Assembly: GCA_004764695.1 (NCBI GenBank)
Contig: SMSO01000034.1
Span: 4,030,001 to 4,094,000, forward strand
Reading direction: 5' to 3'
Origin: Schizochytrium sp. TIO01
Lineage: Eukaryota > Protista > Bigyra: Labyrinthulomycetes
Length of the DNA: 64,000 bases
The notes under the pieces were generated by a model. The model saw nothing but the letters and a program-made list of their open reading frames with translations. It searched no databases and had not been told where the DNA came from. Shown here in pieces: positions 23,254 to 35,400 of this stretch (the first letter of the stretch is position 1; every line of letters starts with the position of its first letter). The position numbers and the translations under genes were made by a program.

Positions 23254-25549
23254 ATGGATGTGCCAGTACACTACTGGACGAAAGACCCTATTCAAAACTT
23301 CCGTGTAAGGGTGCAGATACGATGCGTGCAAGCAGGCAGTCTGGCAACCGGAGAGGCCCTGGACGACGACGAAGATGACTTTGAACACGATGAAGACTTG
23401 CTCTCGGGCGACGATGACGACTCTGAAGCAGATGAGAACAAGATGCGGAACGGTACGCGTTCTCAAGATTCGTCGTCGTCGTCTTCAGACGATGATGACG
23501 AGGACGAAGACCTATTAGGGCGGAGCAAGGACAAACAGAAGGAGACAACGAAGAAAAAGAAGAACAAACGTATGGACATTAAGGACCCAAATGTGCCCAA
23601 GGATGGAACTGGTAGAGGTCGGGGACGACGGAGACGCGCCGGGCATGGCCAGGAGTGGAGTGAGACATTTACATGGCAAGAGAAAAAGTTTGGGCCGCGT
23701 GAGCTCGTGCGGTACCTTGGGGCTGCAGATGATGAAGGCGCCAACCTTGGTCGCACAGCAATCGAGGCAGAATATCTTGAGCAGATTGCTCGCAGTAAAA
23801 GGTATGGAGAAGATCTCATGCAAGATGTAGGTCGGGTGATGCTTTTCACATACACAGACAAGGACGGGTTTGTTCCTAAAAATGAAATGACAAAGTTTGT
23901 GACAACGTCAGAAAATTTCTCACTGAATCCAGTGGCAGAAAGCATTGTAACCATTCCAGGTACAGGTCAACAACTGGAGCGGGAGCAAGAGAACCTTGAC
24001 GCAGTGGATGGTCTTGATGATGGGGATTATGCAAGTTTAGAACGAGCATCACGTCCTGGGGATGTTAGCGCAGGACAACGTGTTTTCCGCGAGTCTCCGT
24101 TCAAGATCTTTTACTTAATGGCTGCTGTTGATGTAGATACCGGTAAGCTTCGTGCACTTCGAAAGGAGGACGGGAAATTCTACGAGGTTGTTCTCTGCAC
24201 TGTTAAAGTAAGCAGGGAAGGCAATCTTGTGCAGATGCAGCCTGGGTTTTCGAAAGGGCGTTTTCTTAATACTGGTGGCTCCGGAGAGCAAGGTTATGGT
24301 GGGTCTAGCGAAGGACAAGGAGGCCAATATCAAGATCATTATCACCATATCAATAAGAATGATAAACAGGAAAGCCGACAAAGTCACGGCTCAGGGGGGA
24401 GCAATGGTAGCGATGCATGCAAGTGGTATCGATTCAAAACGCCATTCGGAAGTATATACGAGTATTCTCTTGTGAATGAAGCAGAGTCTTCTGACCCTCT
24501 TTTGGAGACAGAGATTAACACTGTGCAGCGCGAAAATCTAGAGAAAGCAGCGGCTGCTCTAGAGGGTCGCGTTCCAATGGTATTGTACGATGGACCCAAC
24601 AAACCTGGTCAAGTTATTAAGCGAGTGAACATTGAAATAGTGTCTGCATTCGATTTCGAAGAGGCCGCCAGTGATCATCTATACATTCAGTATGAAGTTC
24701 ATTTGCCTGTAAACGGACGAACGATGTGGACTTGGGCTGATGGTTCTAGAGAGCCTATGCGCGGGGTTACTCAAACTGCACGTGCACGGTATCTCACACA
24801 ATTTCAAGGTTTTGCTTCGAATAGTGGTTCTAGCAATGACTGGCGTAGCCCTGGCCAAGTCTCACGTCGACACACTGCACATTACTGTTTTCCATTAGAG
24901 CTTGTGCTTATTCAAACTGTTCCAGGATGAAATCGACTCATTAAGTCATGAACAGCCAAAAATCTATCTTCAAGTGAAGAGTCGCGACGGTTGGGAGAGA
25001 CACCGCACGGAAGGCTATGCTTCGCTTGGATTACCAGGGACTGCTGGTACTTTTGAAGAGTACGTTAGAGCTTGGAGGGTGGCAGGTTCTTTGCGACAGC
25101 AGCTTGCGGAACACTTTGTGGGTGGGGCTTTGCAACTTGACTCGTCCATGTACTCTAGTATTCCACAGACTCACCAAGGCCCATTTCTCAACCGCTATGG
25201 GTTCTGTACGCGGAGTGCCGGTTGTCTGCGCTTGAGGCTTCACACAGTACTGCATCATTATGTGTCTTCCTCTGAAACCACAGCTTTGGATGCTCGCGAC
25301 AAGCAAATGAAGCGACTTCCAATGCAATCTGATTTCATGGCGGATGGTTCGTCTAATGTACGTGGTGCTGGGACACAACAGGGAGGTGCACGTCGGCGTA
25401 CAGTGACAGAAATCCTACAAAGTTTAAGGCTTGGCAAAAGCCTGGGTCAAGGCTTGTCGGTCGGAGCACGAACAGGAACACGAGCTGGAGCAGGTGCTGC
25501 CAATATTTTAGCGAGCCTTGATCGGGTACACCAGCAAAATATGCACTAG
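23254..25549 (+). CDS. MKS1: MKS1-like B9/C2-domain ciliary transition-zone protein; split by a +1 frame change at GGA-TGA (24925-24930)
   Basis: N-terminal YWTKDPIQNFRVRV, FTWQEKKF and LFTYTDKD resemble MKS1. The B9 domain begins in frame 1 (EIVSAFDFE...LYIQYEVHLP...GVTQ...HYCFPLEL) and is completed in the +1 frame (PKIYLQVKSRDGWERHRTEGYASLGLPGTAG...AWR...LAEHFVGG...LNRYGF). The joined product would be about 764 aa. Confidence 0.88.
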
Positions 25550-27709
25550 ATCTGAGCTAAAGTGGAGCTTTGCATGTTGAGTATTTTAATCCTTTTCTGT
25601 AAACAATGTTCCAACCAATTAAAAACTTAAGTGCTGTAGAACTAGAAACGATTGTCAATCGCTTTCTAGTGGGTACTTTGCAAGAGACCAAGAAAAAGAT
25701 TCAACTTTTGCCTGCGCCCGATGCTTTTGTAACGTAGTTGTATTTTAAATGACATTCATAAAGAAAAAAATCTTGAGAATAAAGCTGCAACTAAGATTAA
25801 TATTCAATAAAAGAAAGGTTTCGCTGATATATTTTTTGTTTTTGTTTTTTGTAGGATGCCTTTTACATACTTGTGCTGGTCAAACTGTGATATCCACTTG
25901 AGGTTAAATTCGTTTTAAACTTTTCACTTTGAATGGCAGAGTTGATTCCTTTCTCTGCATTTGTGTTCAAGATATTTACTTTGCGAAGTAACCTTTGTTT
26001 TGTTTAGTTTAGTTTCCCTAAAAAAAAAACAGAGCACCAAACTATGACATGGACACCTTCATTCTGTAATTCTGGTGCCTTTCAGCAGTGAAATACTATT
26101 GTACTAACCTATCCAAGCTGAACTCTCTTGGGCGTATTAATATTACACAACCACAGTATTAGTTATGAATTCACATTCGCTAATTGAACTGAAAGCTTCA
26201 CGACTTTAAATTTCGCATTTCGCCTTATCCCGACCCTACTTACCAACGCAGGCGCAAAGCACATACTTGAGAGCTTTCATCCTTAGTGTGTGGCAACAAC
26301 ATGCGCAAAGAAAATTGTTTTTCATGAAATCAGAAAATCAGAAAATCAGAAAAAGCAGAAAAATAACTAAAGAAGATAGGAACAGGATTGGCGGGCGTAT
26401 GGGTGTCTCGCGGGATGCAAAGTAGCCTCAGTGAATCGCAAGTAGAAAAGGATTCTCTACGGCAGAGACCTCCATAAAAAATAAATAACAAATGCTTTAA
26501 ATAGTTCACCTTCTCTCAAGGTAGCCTCTAGGTACTTGCGAGGCTCTCGTTCTGGGTGTGTGCTCGCAAGTCCATTTTGGCCGACAACATGTAGCTGGAA
26601 GAAAGGATGCGATTTTTCAACTTTCTCCACTTTGAGGCCACAAAAGAAAGCAAGCTTCTAATGAAATACAATCCGCATCAACCTCGCTAAATATACCAAT
26701 GCTGGAGCACTCTGCGTCAACTATAACATTCAATAGTCACTCACGGCCCGTCAGTCCTTGTGCCAGTAAAAAAATCCACATGCGTTCTGATTTTAGTATT
26801 TATTATTACCATTATTGTGTCTGGTGCACGTAACGGATCAATGGATCCATTGGAAGCAGTATGAAAGAGGTGCAAAAGTGAGGCCGAAGTCTACTTTGGT
26901 GTCCAGCTATAAAGAGCTCAGGAGGCATGTGTGGCGGGATACCGTCCATGATCCCTGGTGCTTTCTGCCAGATTCCAGTGCTCTTCGCCGCGGACCACGC
27001 CTGTAGCGGCGTCCTCAGAGAAGTCAAACCGATGCGGCACGTGCTTTTCATCAATAATCATAGATCAATTGAAATAACAAGAAAGTGAGGAAAGCACGAC
27101 GGGTCCTCTTCCGCGCCAATTCTGCGCGCGCTAGGCCTTAGATGCCACAAACGCTAGGACTATCTCTGAAAGCAAATGGAATGGTACTCCTGCAGGATTG
27201 ACTGCTGCACGTGATGAATGCGCGTGCGGTTGAGATGTTCTTCGAAGAAGAGCCAAGCTTTCCTTCAAATTAGCGACTCTCCATTTTCAACGAACACGCT
27301 GCGGTAGCCAGGGCACGTTCTTGAAGAAGTTGTGTCCTTTCTGGGGACACTCGCCACCTCGATATTGCGCTGGTTCCACCGCGCGTATGTGGTATTCATG
27401 TCAACTTAGTTTCTCAGGCACATTCAACAGACAGCGCAGCTTCCTTAAGTAAAGTGCAGGTTAGTACCTAGCTGGATATTGGGAATTGAGTTATCGAAGG
27501 CCTTTCAGTTAGATACTTACTTACTTACTCACCATGTTGAAGGTACGTGGGTAATTTAAGTTTTTAGTCTCTTAAGTTGGAACCGCCATCTTCATTGCGG
27601 TGACCTCTCTGGTTCTTCTACACCACGAAACTCCATCCAAAGCATGAACTGCTGTGCACTATCGATGCTGTCGCTCACCATAAAACCTTTACTAACTAAG
27701 ATGCAACCA

Positions 27710-27756
<47 letters not shown>
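27710..27756. repeat. (ATT)n microsatellite
   Basis: Read directly from the sequence. Confidence 0.95.
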
Positions 27757-27757
<1 letters not shown>

Positions 27758-27827
27758 TAATACCACTATTAATTACCTTAAAATTATTATTTCGGAACAA
27801 CTGAAAAGAGAAAGCACACTTTACCTT

Positions 27828-28049
27828 GTTTCCCCGAAACAAAAACTTGATGTTTTAGCCTAAAATATTTTCATTTCACTCTCGGAAAAACATGGGAGTT
27901 AACACTTTCTCAAATATATATTTGATAATTAAAAAAAAAAATAACTTCTCGAAATTCAAATGTTTCGTTTTAATAAAAAGAAAATACTCTTCAAGCGATC
28001 ATAAAAAACTAACACAAAGAAGGGGCAAAGTTGTTTGTTTCGGGGAAAC
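27828..28049. mobile_element. MITE-like element (about 220 bp) with about 21-bp terminal inverted repeats
   Basis: Left GTTTCCCCGAAACAAAAACTT (27828-27848). The reverse complement of the right end (28028-28049) is GTTTCCCCGAAACAAACAACTT. The interior is AT-rich and non-coding. No clear target-site duplication. Confidence 0.5.
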
Positions 28050-31000
28050 CAGTGAAAAGTTTTCTGCTGCTCTGGAATGTTTGTACGCTCGCTCGCTATT
28101 GGAAGGGGATGCTTTGCCGTCCAACACATTCGTTCGGTGCGGCTTCGTGAAAGCTTATCCTGAGCGCTATCTATCTACGTGCCTAAGTGCCGCTGTAGGA
28201 GTTAGCTAAGCAGCACAGAGCTCTTCATATTCATCATAGTACACAATGATGCCAGCCAAATTCATTCATTCTACACGGCAGATTTATTTATTTATAGACA
28301 GACAGCAGCAAGCAACAAGTATGAGCAAAGCTTTGCTGTAGCGAGCGAGCACGCGCTTCCATGTCCAGCCCTGAGACTGACTGACTGACTATCGATCCCA
28401 TCGATCATATCCCGTCAGGTTCATTCATGGATCATTCATTCATTTATGGCTTTTTAATTCGTGCGCTCGTTTTCATCACCTCAGGTTGAAGAAGGGGCTA
28501 GCTAGCTGCTAGCCAGGCAAGTAGCTAATTGCTAGCCAGGGGACATAGGAGGCTCACTGTTCTTGAAAACGTAATTTAGCTACTGCTAGTGTGGTACCTA
28601 CTGCATCCGCTAGTGTTGAGACTTGCTCGAAAGTAAAGCAAAGAACCTTAGAGTTAACTAAACAGATTGATTGGTTGATTGATTGACTGACTGACTGACT
28701 AAATGATTGAGCGCTCGCTCTTTCAGTAGCGTCTCCTTGCCGTCCGGGTCAGGTATAGACCATTACGGCACGCTGACTTACTTGTTTTATTTATTCTTAT
28801 TCACGAGTCGCTCCGTCAATGTGAGTTGAAATTACTCGATCCATCCTCGTGCTCCCATTTCTTCATAGTTTCTTTCTATGAAAGCCAATGACTCATAGGT
28901 ATATATGTTTATTAATAGATTTTATTTATTTCGAAATTAATTGGAAAGAAGCTAAACCAGAAAACTCGAGCAGTAAATAAATAAACTTGAATGAATAAAT
29001 AAATAAATAAATAAATAAAGCTGCCGCTCTTCGGTTGGACATGGTCCTGAGCCTACGCAAGTTCCTTTGAAGCGCTTGGGCGACATTTGTTCGTTCCGTG
29101 ATACAGTGAGTGATCTTCTGTTGATTGATCTGTTTTGACTCAACTGATCCAAACCCAAGTTCATCTTCACTTTCTCAAAGCTTTGATTTCCTCACTCACC
29201 TTTGTCCACCATTTGCAACGGCTGCTTCACACTCTTCCCGGTGTCCTACCGTATCGCCTAGCCGTCGTCGCGGTCAGGACTTCCTTTCTAAGAATGAAAG
29301 AAAGCCCACGGGGGTCCTACGCAACGCTATGCTAGTCCTACCAGAGCGCCGAAAGCGAGCAGGAGACTCTTATTAGGATTTAAACAAACCAAACAAAAGG
29401 TAATGAAAGCCTGTCTTTCAAGGCCATGAGAAGAGAGAGAGAGACCTACCCACCCACCCACCTACCTACCACCTCCCTACCGAATCGAGTACAAGTGTCA
29501 AGAGCTAAGTTTTCATGTTTTCTTTCAAAACCGTAGTAGCACGGGCCTCCTTCCGTTTTGTTTCTTCTCCGTCCAGTTCGAGTAAGAGTGCTGAGTTGAA
29601 GCTGGCTGACTTTGAGGCGCCTTTCATCTCTTTTGGCTCCCTGCCTGCCTTTGAAGAGGGCCTTTCTTCGCTCAATGGTCTATCTGTCAACGGACGCCGA
29701 TTTCAAGTTCTGACCAACTACTTGAAGGATCTTGTGATGAGTGAGTGGACTCAAGCTCAAGCTCAAGCTCAAGCTCCTTCGTCTCTCTCCTGCCTGCGTG
29801 TATGTATGCACGTATGTACTGTGTGCAGAGATTGATTGGGCTTCTTTCTGTTCGAAGCGCCTGAGGCCCTGAAGACCTGAGGCGTGAGCGAGCCTACATC
29901 GGCATACATCGCATTTTCGAACCAATTCGCAATTCTGACTTACTCTACACAGAAAGACAGACAGACAGAGAGAGAGAGAGAGAGGGAGAGAGAGGGAGAG
30001 AGGGAACCATATTAGCACGTTTCCCTTTGCCAGCCATCAAAACTAACAGCGCAGGTCCTCAGAAACACTTGATGAAGCGAACTTTCTAGCGCTCTTTCTT
30101 TGTGTATACTCCTGATCTTGGTCTGATTAATTATTGGGATCTTTTAGCCGTCTGATAAAACGGTTTTGAGAGACTCGAAGCTCGTGGAAACATTCAATCA
30201 ATCAATCACATCACATCATCAAGAAGAATTAATTAATTCCATGGTTTCGAACTTTGGCGAATATGTTATGTTGTGGAATGGAAGTTCAGGTCGAACGATT
30301 CTGAGCGGATGTTAGAGATGAGATGAGATGAGATGAGGTGAAAAGGAACTAATAAACTAACAAACGACAAATCAACAGATCGATTGGAGTACGCGATAGC
30401 TTTGATATCGAACCATAGACCGATCGATCGATCGATCACGCAGGTTTTACGCTGTTGCCCAGGCCGTTAGGGGCCACCTATATAAATCGCTACCACTGAA
30501 AGTGCGTGAGCAAGTGCGAGGAAAACCGACGGACTATACAACTGAGTCCTTCTACTTTCCTGCACGCATGCATGCGGCCTATTGGCTGATGCTGGTTTGG
30601 CTTGGGCCAATCGGCGCCGCATAAACCTGCATTTCTTCGAGGCAGATTGCCTTCTTCTCTTTGCGATCGCGCATCTTCCCCTGTTTTAATTCATGATAGG
30701 CATGCATTCGCAACAACAGTGGCAAGACGCGCAACGACAGCAAATTTTGGTGAAATTACAAATCGTCAAAAGCAGTTAAACACAGAAACAGTTAAAAACA
30801 AACAAACAAAAATCTTCCTTTCTTGAAGGAAAAACGAACTTGAGGTCTCCTTTATTTGCATCCCTACCAGCAGTAGCCGTGTGTTAGGCAGCCTTTGCGA
30901 GCGAAAGCGAATAAAAGTAAAGCGAGTGCAGTTGAAGCGAATTCCTCAGTTCAGTCCCGTCTCGTGGCTCTGCCTCTTTTCCTCGAAGAGGTCGCCATCG

Positions 31001-31597
31001 TGAACTACATGGACAAGTGTTTGTTTGTGTGTTGTCCGTTTGTTTGCCTTTCATTTCGAATGATTGATTTCGATTGATTGGTTGTCTATTCATCAGTTCT
31101 GGCGTCTCAGGGCTCTCGCCTACTCGCACGTGCACAGACGAGACCAAGTTTTTCTCCAATCGTCGTGAAGAACCGCCCACCCACCCAACCAACCAAGAAA
31201 CTAACTCTAGAGAACGCAGACAATAAAAGCCGCCGCGCCTCTGCGTCCTTCCCTTTCTTGCCTCCACGCCGTCCTCAGCCGGGTCCGCCTGGAGAGAAGA
31301 TGCCTGTTGTTCTGACGCAAGAGCTTCATGGCGGCTTTTCCTGGCGCAGAGCCACTCATTCATTCTGTTCTCTCCACTCGTTGATCCGAACCCATCGCAG
31401 TCGGCAACAATTCTTCGGTTGGTTCCAGGCAGGCTTCCCAGCTACAGTGAGGAGTGGGCTCCTAATTAAAGAAGATGCTACTCTGCGCTGCTTTTTTCCA
31501 CAGAGGATCCCAAGTCCACCTGTCTTCTTATTTCCTTTCTCATGGACAGCGGCTTCCGTGCTCGAAGCCGCTCTCTGAGTGGGTTGTGGCAGCGGCC

Positions 31598-31652
<55 letters not shown>
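31598..31652. repeat. (ATTG)n microsatellite
   Basis: Read directly from the sequence. Confidence 0.95.
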
Positions 31653-32379
31653 CAAGTTGATTGATTGATTCATTTCAAAGATCTTCACAGTCTCACGGCG
31701 GGAGCGCACACCCCCACATAAATAGATAGACGGATAGTTAGTTAGTTAGATAAATAGATAGATGGACTCACAGGATAAACGAGCAAAACCAACTCAAGGA
31801 CGAGAGCAGCAGCCAAGCAGCAGCCAAGCAGCAGTCTGCAAGCCGAGCAGTGACTGAGTCGGAGCTTGCGGCCTCAGGTCGCTAAGGCGGGCGGTGGCGG
31901 GTCTCGTTGTGCGGGCAGATTGTGGCGCACCTGCACCTCGCCGCAATCGAGCGAGACCACCTTATTATCCTCCTCGTGGTGCTTAGTACTGAATAGGAGG
32001 TGCCTACGGAAGTGCCGGCACGTGGAAATCAATCGTGAGCCTGCCTGCCTGGCTGGCTATAGCCGAAGAAGGTATGCGATGCGGAGAGGGGGCCCGCCAG
32101 CCAGCGGTTTGCCTCGAGCAGGGGAGACCTGGGCGGGCACTGGCGGCGGAGCCCATGCAGCACGTTGTCTGAGCTCGCGCGCTTTGGCGCAACGGCACAG
32201 ATCTTGCGAGATTATGACGGGATACAGTAGGCTCTGCGAAGAGTCGCGCACGTGCTCTTTGACGACTAGGCTTCCCTACTGGCGCAGTAGCGGCCGGCTG
32301 GCTGGCTAGTGGGCGCCTATGCGCTGCTAGCAGAGCCAGCGAGTGAACGGAATGGAAGGAAAGAAGAAAAAAACAAAAC

Positions 32380-32380
<1 letters not shown>

Positions 32381-32430
<50 letters not shown>
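32381..32430. repeat. (GAAA)n microsatellite
   Basis: Read directly from the sequence. Confidence 0.95.
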
Positions 32431-35400
32431 ACGTGTTGGAGGAAATTGATAACGGGAATAGTGGGATTGTTCGCTTTCCGCAACAGACGGGAGCGCAGAG
32501 AACCCAAGTAAGTTGTGGCCTGAGGCCGACTGACTGCTCGCAAGAGGCGAACCAGCTGGGAGTGGGAAGCGACGGCAGTGGAGGCGCTTCAGAGCTGGCT
32601 GGCTGGCTGGCTGGCACGGCCGTGCTGCTGCAGGCCGCCGGTGGTGGTGGTGTGTACGCTGATTCCTCGTAGGCAGCCCGCCTGATCTTAAAGGCGAGGC
32701 CTACTTTGAGACCACTTTATTTATCTTGAAGGTAGTAGCTAATTAATAACTAACTGGCTGGCCTGAGTTCTTCGTTGTCGTCGATTGCTCATCTTAAGCT
32801 TGCTAAGCTTAAGCTTGCTTGCCTGGCGGTGCCTTATGCTGGATGGATGATTCGCGAACATGAGACCGCTCTCCGATGAGACCATTCATTCACCAGAGTG
32901 AGCTCAACAGAAGAACCATCAGCGATGATGGTTTGTGTTCCTTTTCTTAAGAATAAAGAAAAGCGCTAAAAATCGCATTCAATCAAGCGCGGGCTCTCGG
33001 GAAAACACGAACGTTTGATAATCCGATTTAATATTTTTTATTTTTTAAAAAAAGATTCATGCATACCTACCTGTATGGTAAAAGCTTTACTTTTTACTTT
33101 TTACTTTAAAAATAAATAAATAAATAGAAGAAGGCCTTTTATAGCTTCGATTTTAATCGATAAAAGAACATTTATTTTATCCTAAATTAAATTAAAAACA
33201 AACAAAACAATATATGATCTTTTGTCGCGAGTGATGGGGCCAATAAAGGAAAAGTACAGTTAAAATATGCAAACCAAAAGGAGCGGGCGCAAAGAACGAC
33301 AGGAGCGTGGCGGGACAAAGTTCGACTTTCACGCCGCGCGTGCGTAGCGCATACCTCATCGCATATGCCACGTCAGGCCGGCTGGCTCCAAAGCCGTGGA
33401 CGAAGGTCTCTTTCTGCCGCCCCTGTCCCTCCCAAAGCTCCCTGGCGAGACAAGCAAGCAAGCAAGCAAGCATTTCAGGAGGTGGTCTTGAGATGATTGA
33501 TCCCAATTAAATGTTCGAGCAGCAACACGCGTGCATCGTCACATCACACGCGGTCTTTCATCCCAATCGAGATTCGCCTAGCCAGCCTTAGGCGGCACTA
33601 GCCATTGCTGGCGAACAGAAAACACACACATCGAAGGAAAACACATGAAGCGCCAGACTTAGTGGTGCTAGTAGTAGTACCTATCTGGCTAGCTAGGCAG
33701 GCAGGGAATACTTCCTGTGAAACGTAACGGTCATTTCTGGCTGGTCTTGGCAAGTTGTCGATGCTATTGTTGTTGTTGTTGTTGTTGTTGTTGCTGCTGC
33801 TGCTTTTGAGATTGCCCAGCCGTGCCGAAAGCGCTGGCTGGCGCCAAATACTTGAAGCTTCAGGGCGGCAGCGATCCCCTCTGACGGTGCGACCGGCTCT
33901 GCTGCGACTGAGCTGCGAAGAAGAATGTAGGCGCGGCAAAGGACCAGGGACTTGCTTGCCTCAAGGAGGGGTTTCAGAAGAACTGGTTGCAGAAGAAAGG
34001 TCGCGAGACCAGGATACGTGGCGCTGCACAGTTTCGTGGGCTAGGAAACCGCCTTTGGAGACAGCGCCGTGCTGATCAAGAGGACCCGCCAGGCTCGTTT
34101 CCATGCTGTGCTTGTGAGGAGGGGGAGGCATCATCGACGGATTCAGTCCCAATCACAGTCGGGTTACATCTGCAATCGGAGAAGAGGTCTTCGTGCCCCC
34201 TGAGAAAGGCACGCTCGAAGGTACATAAATTCATTGAGTGCCGTTCAACCCACTAATCCTGAAACCTTTTGCTGCTGCTGCTGCTGCTGCTGCTACAAGT
34301 TCTCTGGATCGACATTGGGAATAGGATAAACGTGCTGGTTCCTCGTGCCGAACGTGGAGAGTATTTATCATTCGCGCATTTGCTCGCTCATTTATTCTGT
34401 TCGTACGCAATGCTTTCTTCAGGCGGAGCAGAGACGAGTCTTGCTTGGGAGGGATAGCTCGTCAACGCAGGCGACGTTCGCCCCCTTGAACTTGACATCT
34501 TGACAAGAGCTTAATCCTGACGAACGCTCCAGTGCTGCTCGGCGCACAGAGTCACTCGCTACCTCGAGTGACGTCGCTCGCGTGCTGCCATGGAGCAGGG
34601 AGCGCTGCAATAGTTGGGCCTGGCTGACTGAGTGAGCTAGTGAGTGAGTGAGGGATCGACCTCCCGAGATTGTGTCTCACAACCCGTCTGCCACAGACCT
34701 TGGAGTTAACTAACCTCTTACGATGCCCTGTCCTGGAGAATCGGCCGATCTACATCACCCTCCAGGCGACAGCCAGAACGCTCAGTCTGAACTAGCTTGC
34801 AAGCTTTCACTATGCCACCAAGCAAAACGCCACCCCAGAAGAAGGAAAGGGGACAGCGCTTCCCGTCCTTCTGCCTTAGTTAGAGCGACACACGCAAATT
34901 AGAAAATGAAGCATTAAATAAAAAGAAAGTATCTATCCTGTGAGTACTTGAATCAGTTGTTCTTCTCTATCCCTCTCTGCCGCTCCTCACATCTACCATC
35001 CTCTAGTGGTGCCTAGCTTATTGCATTCCTCCTATCTCCTTATTATTATTATTTATTATTATCATTCAAAGCAGTAAAAAAGAACTGGGTATCATTAGTA
35101 TAGGGGAGCTTAGCTTTTCATGGGCCCAAAGGGAAGGAACCTAATATGACCCTTGGAACGCAGAAGGTTCGGAAAAACGCGCAGTTCTGGAGCGAGCACT
35201 TTCTACTAAGAACCGCCTCTGCAGCCTTAGCAGCGGACGCCGGCTCTCAGGACCTCGAGGGGTCTTCTTCATCTGCTTCTTTCTCCACGTGGTTCTTCAG
35301 CGTTGACCTCACTCATCATCGATTGCTTTATTCGAGGATTCGGCTTCTTACGCGATACGGTACCTGAACAGGCAGTCACTCGAAGAGGACGCCATCAATC

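Noticed and set aside
24928-24930. TGA as selenocysteine, Trp or simple readthrough
   Set aside because: Homology continues in the +1 frame, not the same frame, so in-frame decoding cannot restore the B9 domain.
26036-26060. Short similarity between ACCAAACTATGACATGGACAC and the reverse complement of about 47292-47310
   Set aside because: About 20 bp with an indel and mismatches, too short to call a repeat family without a genome search.
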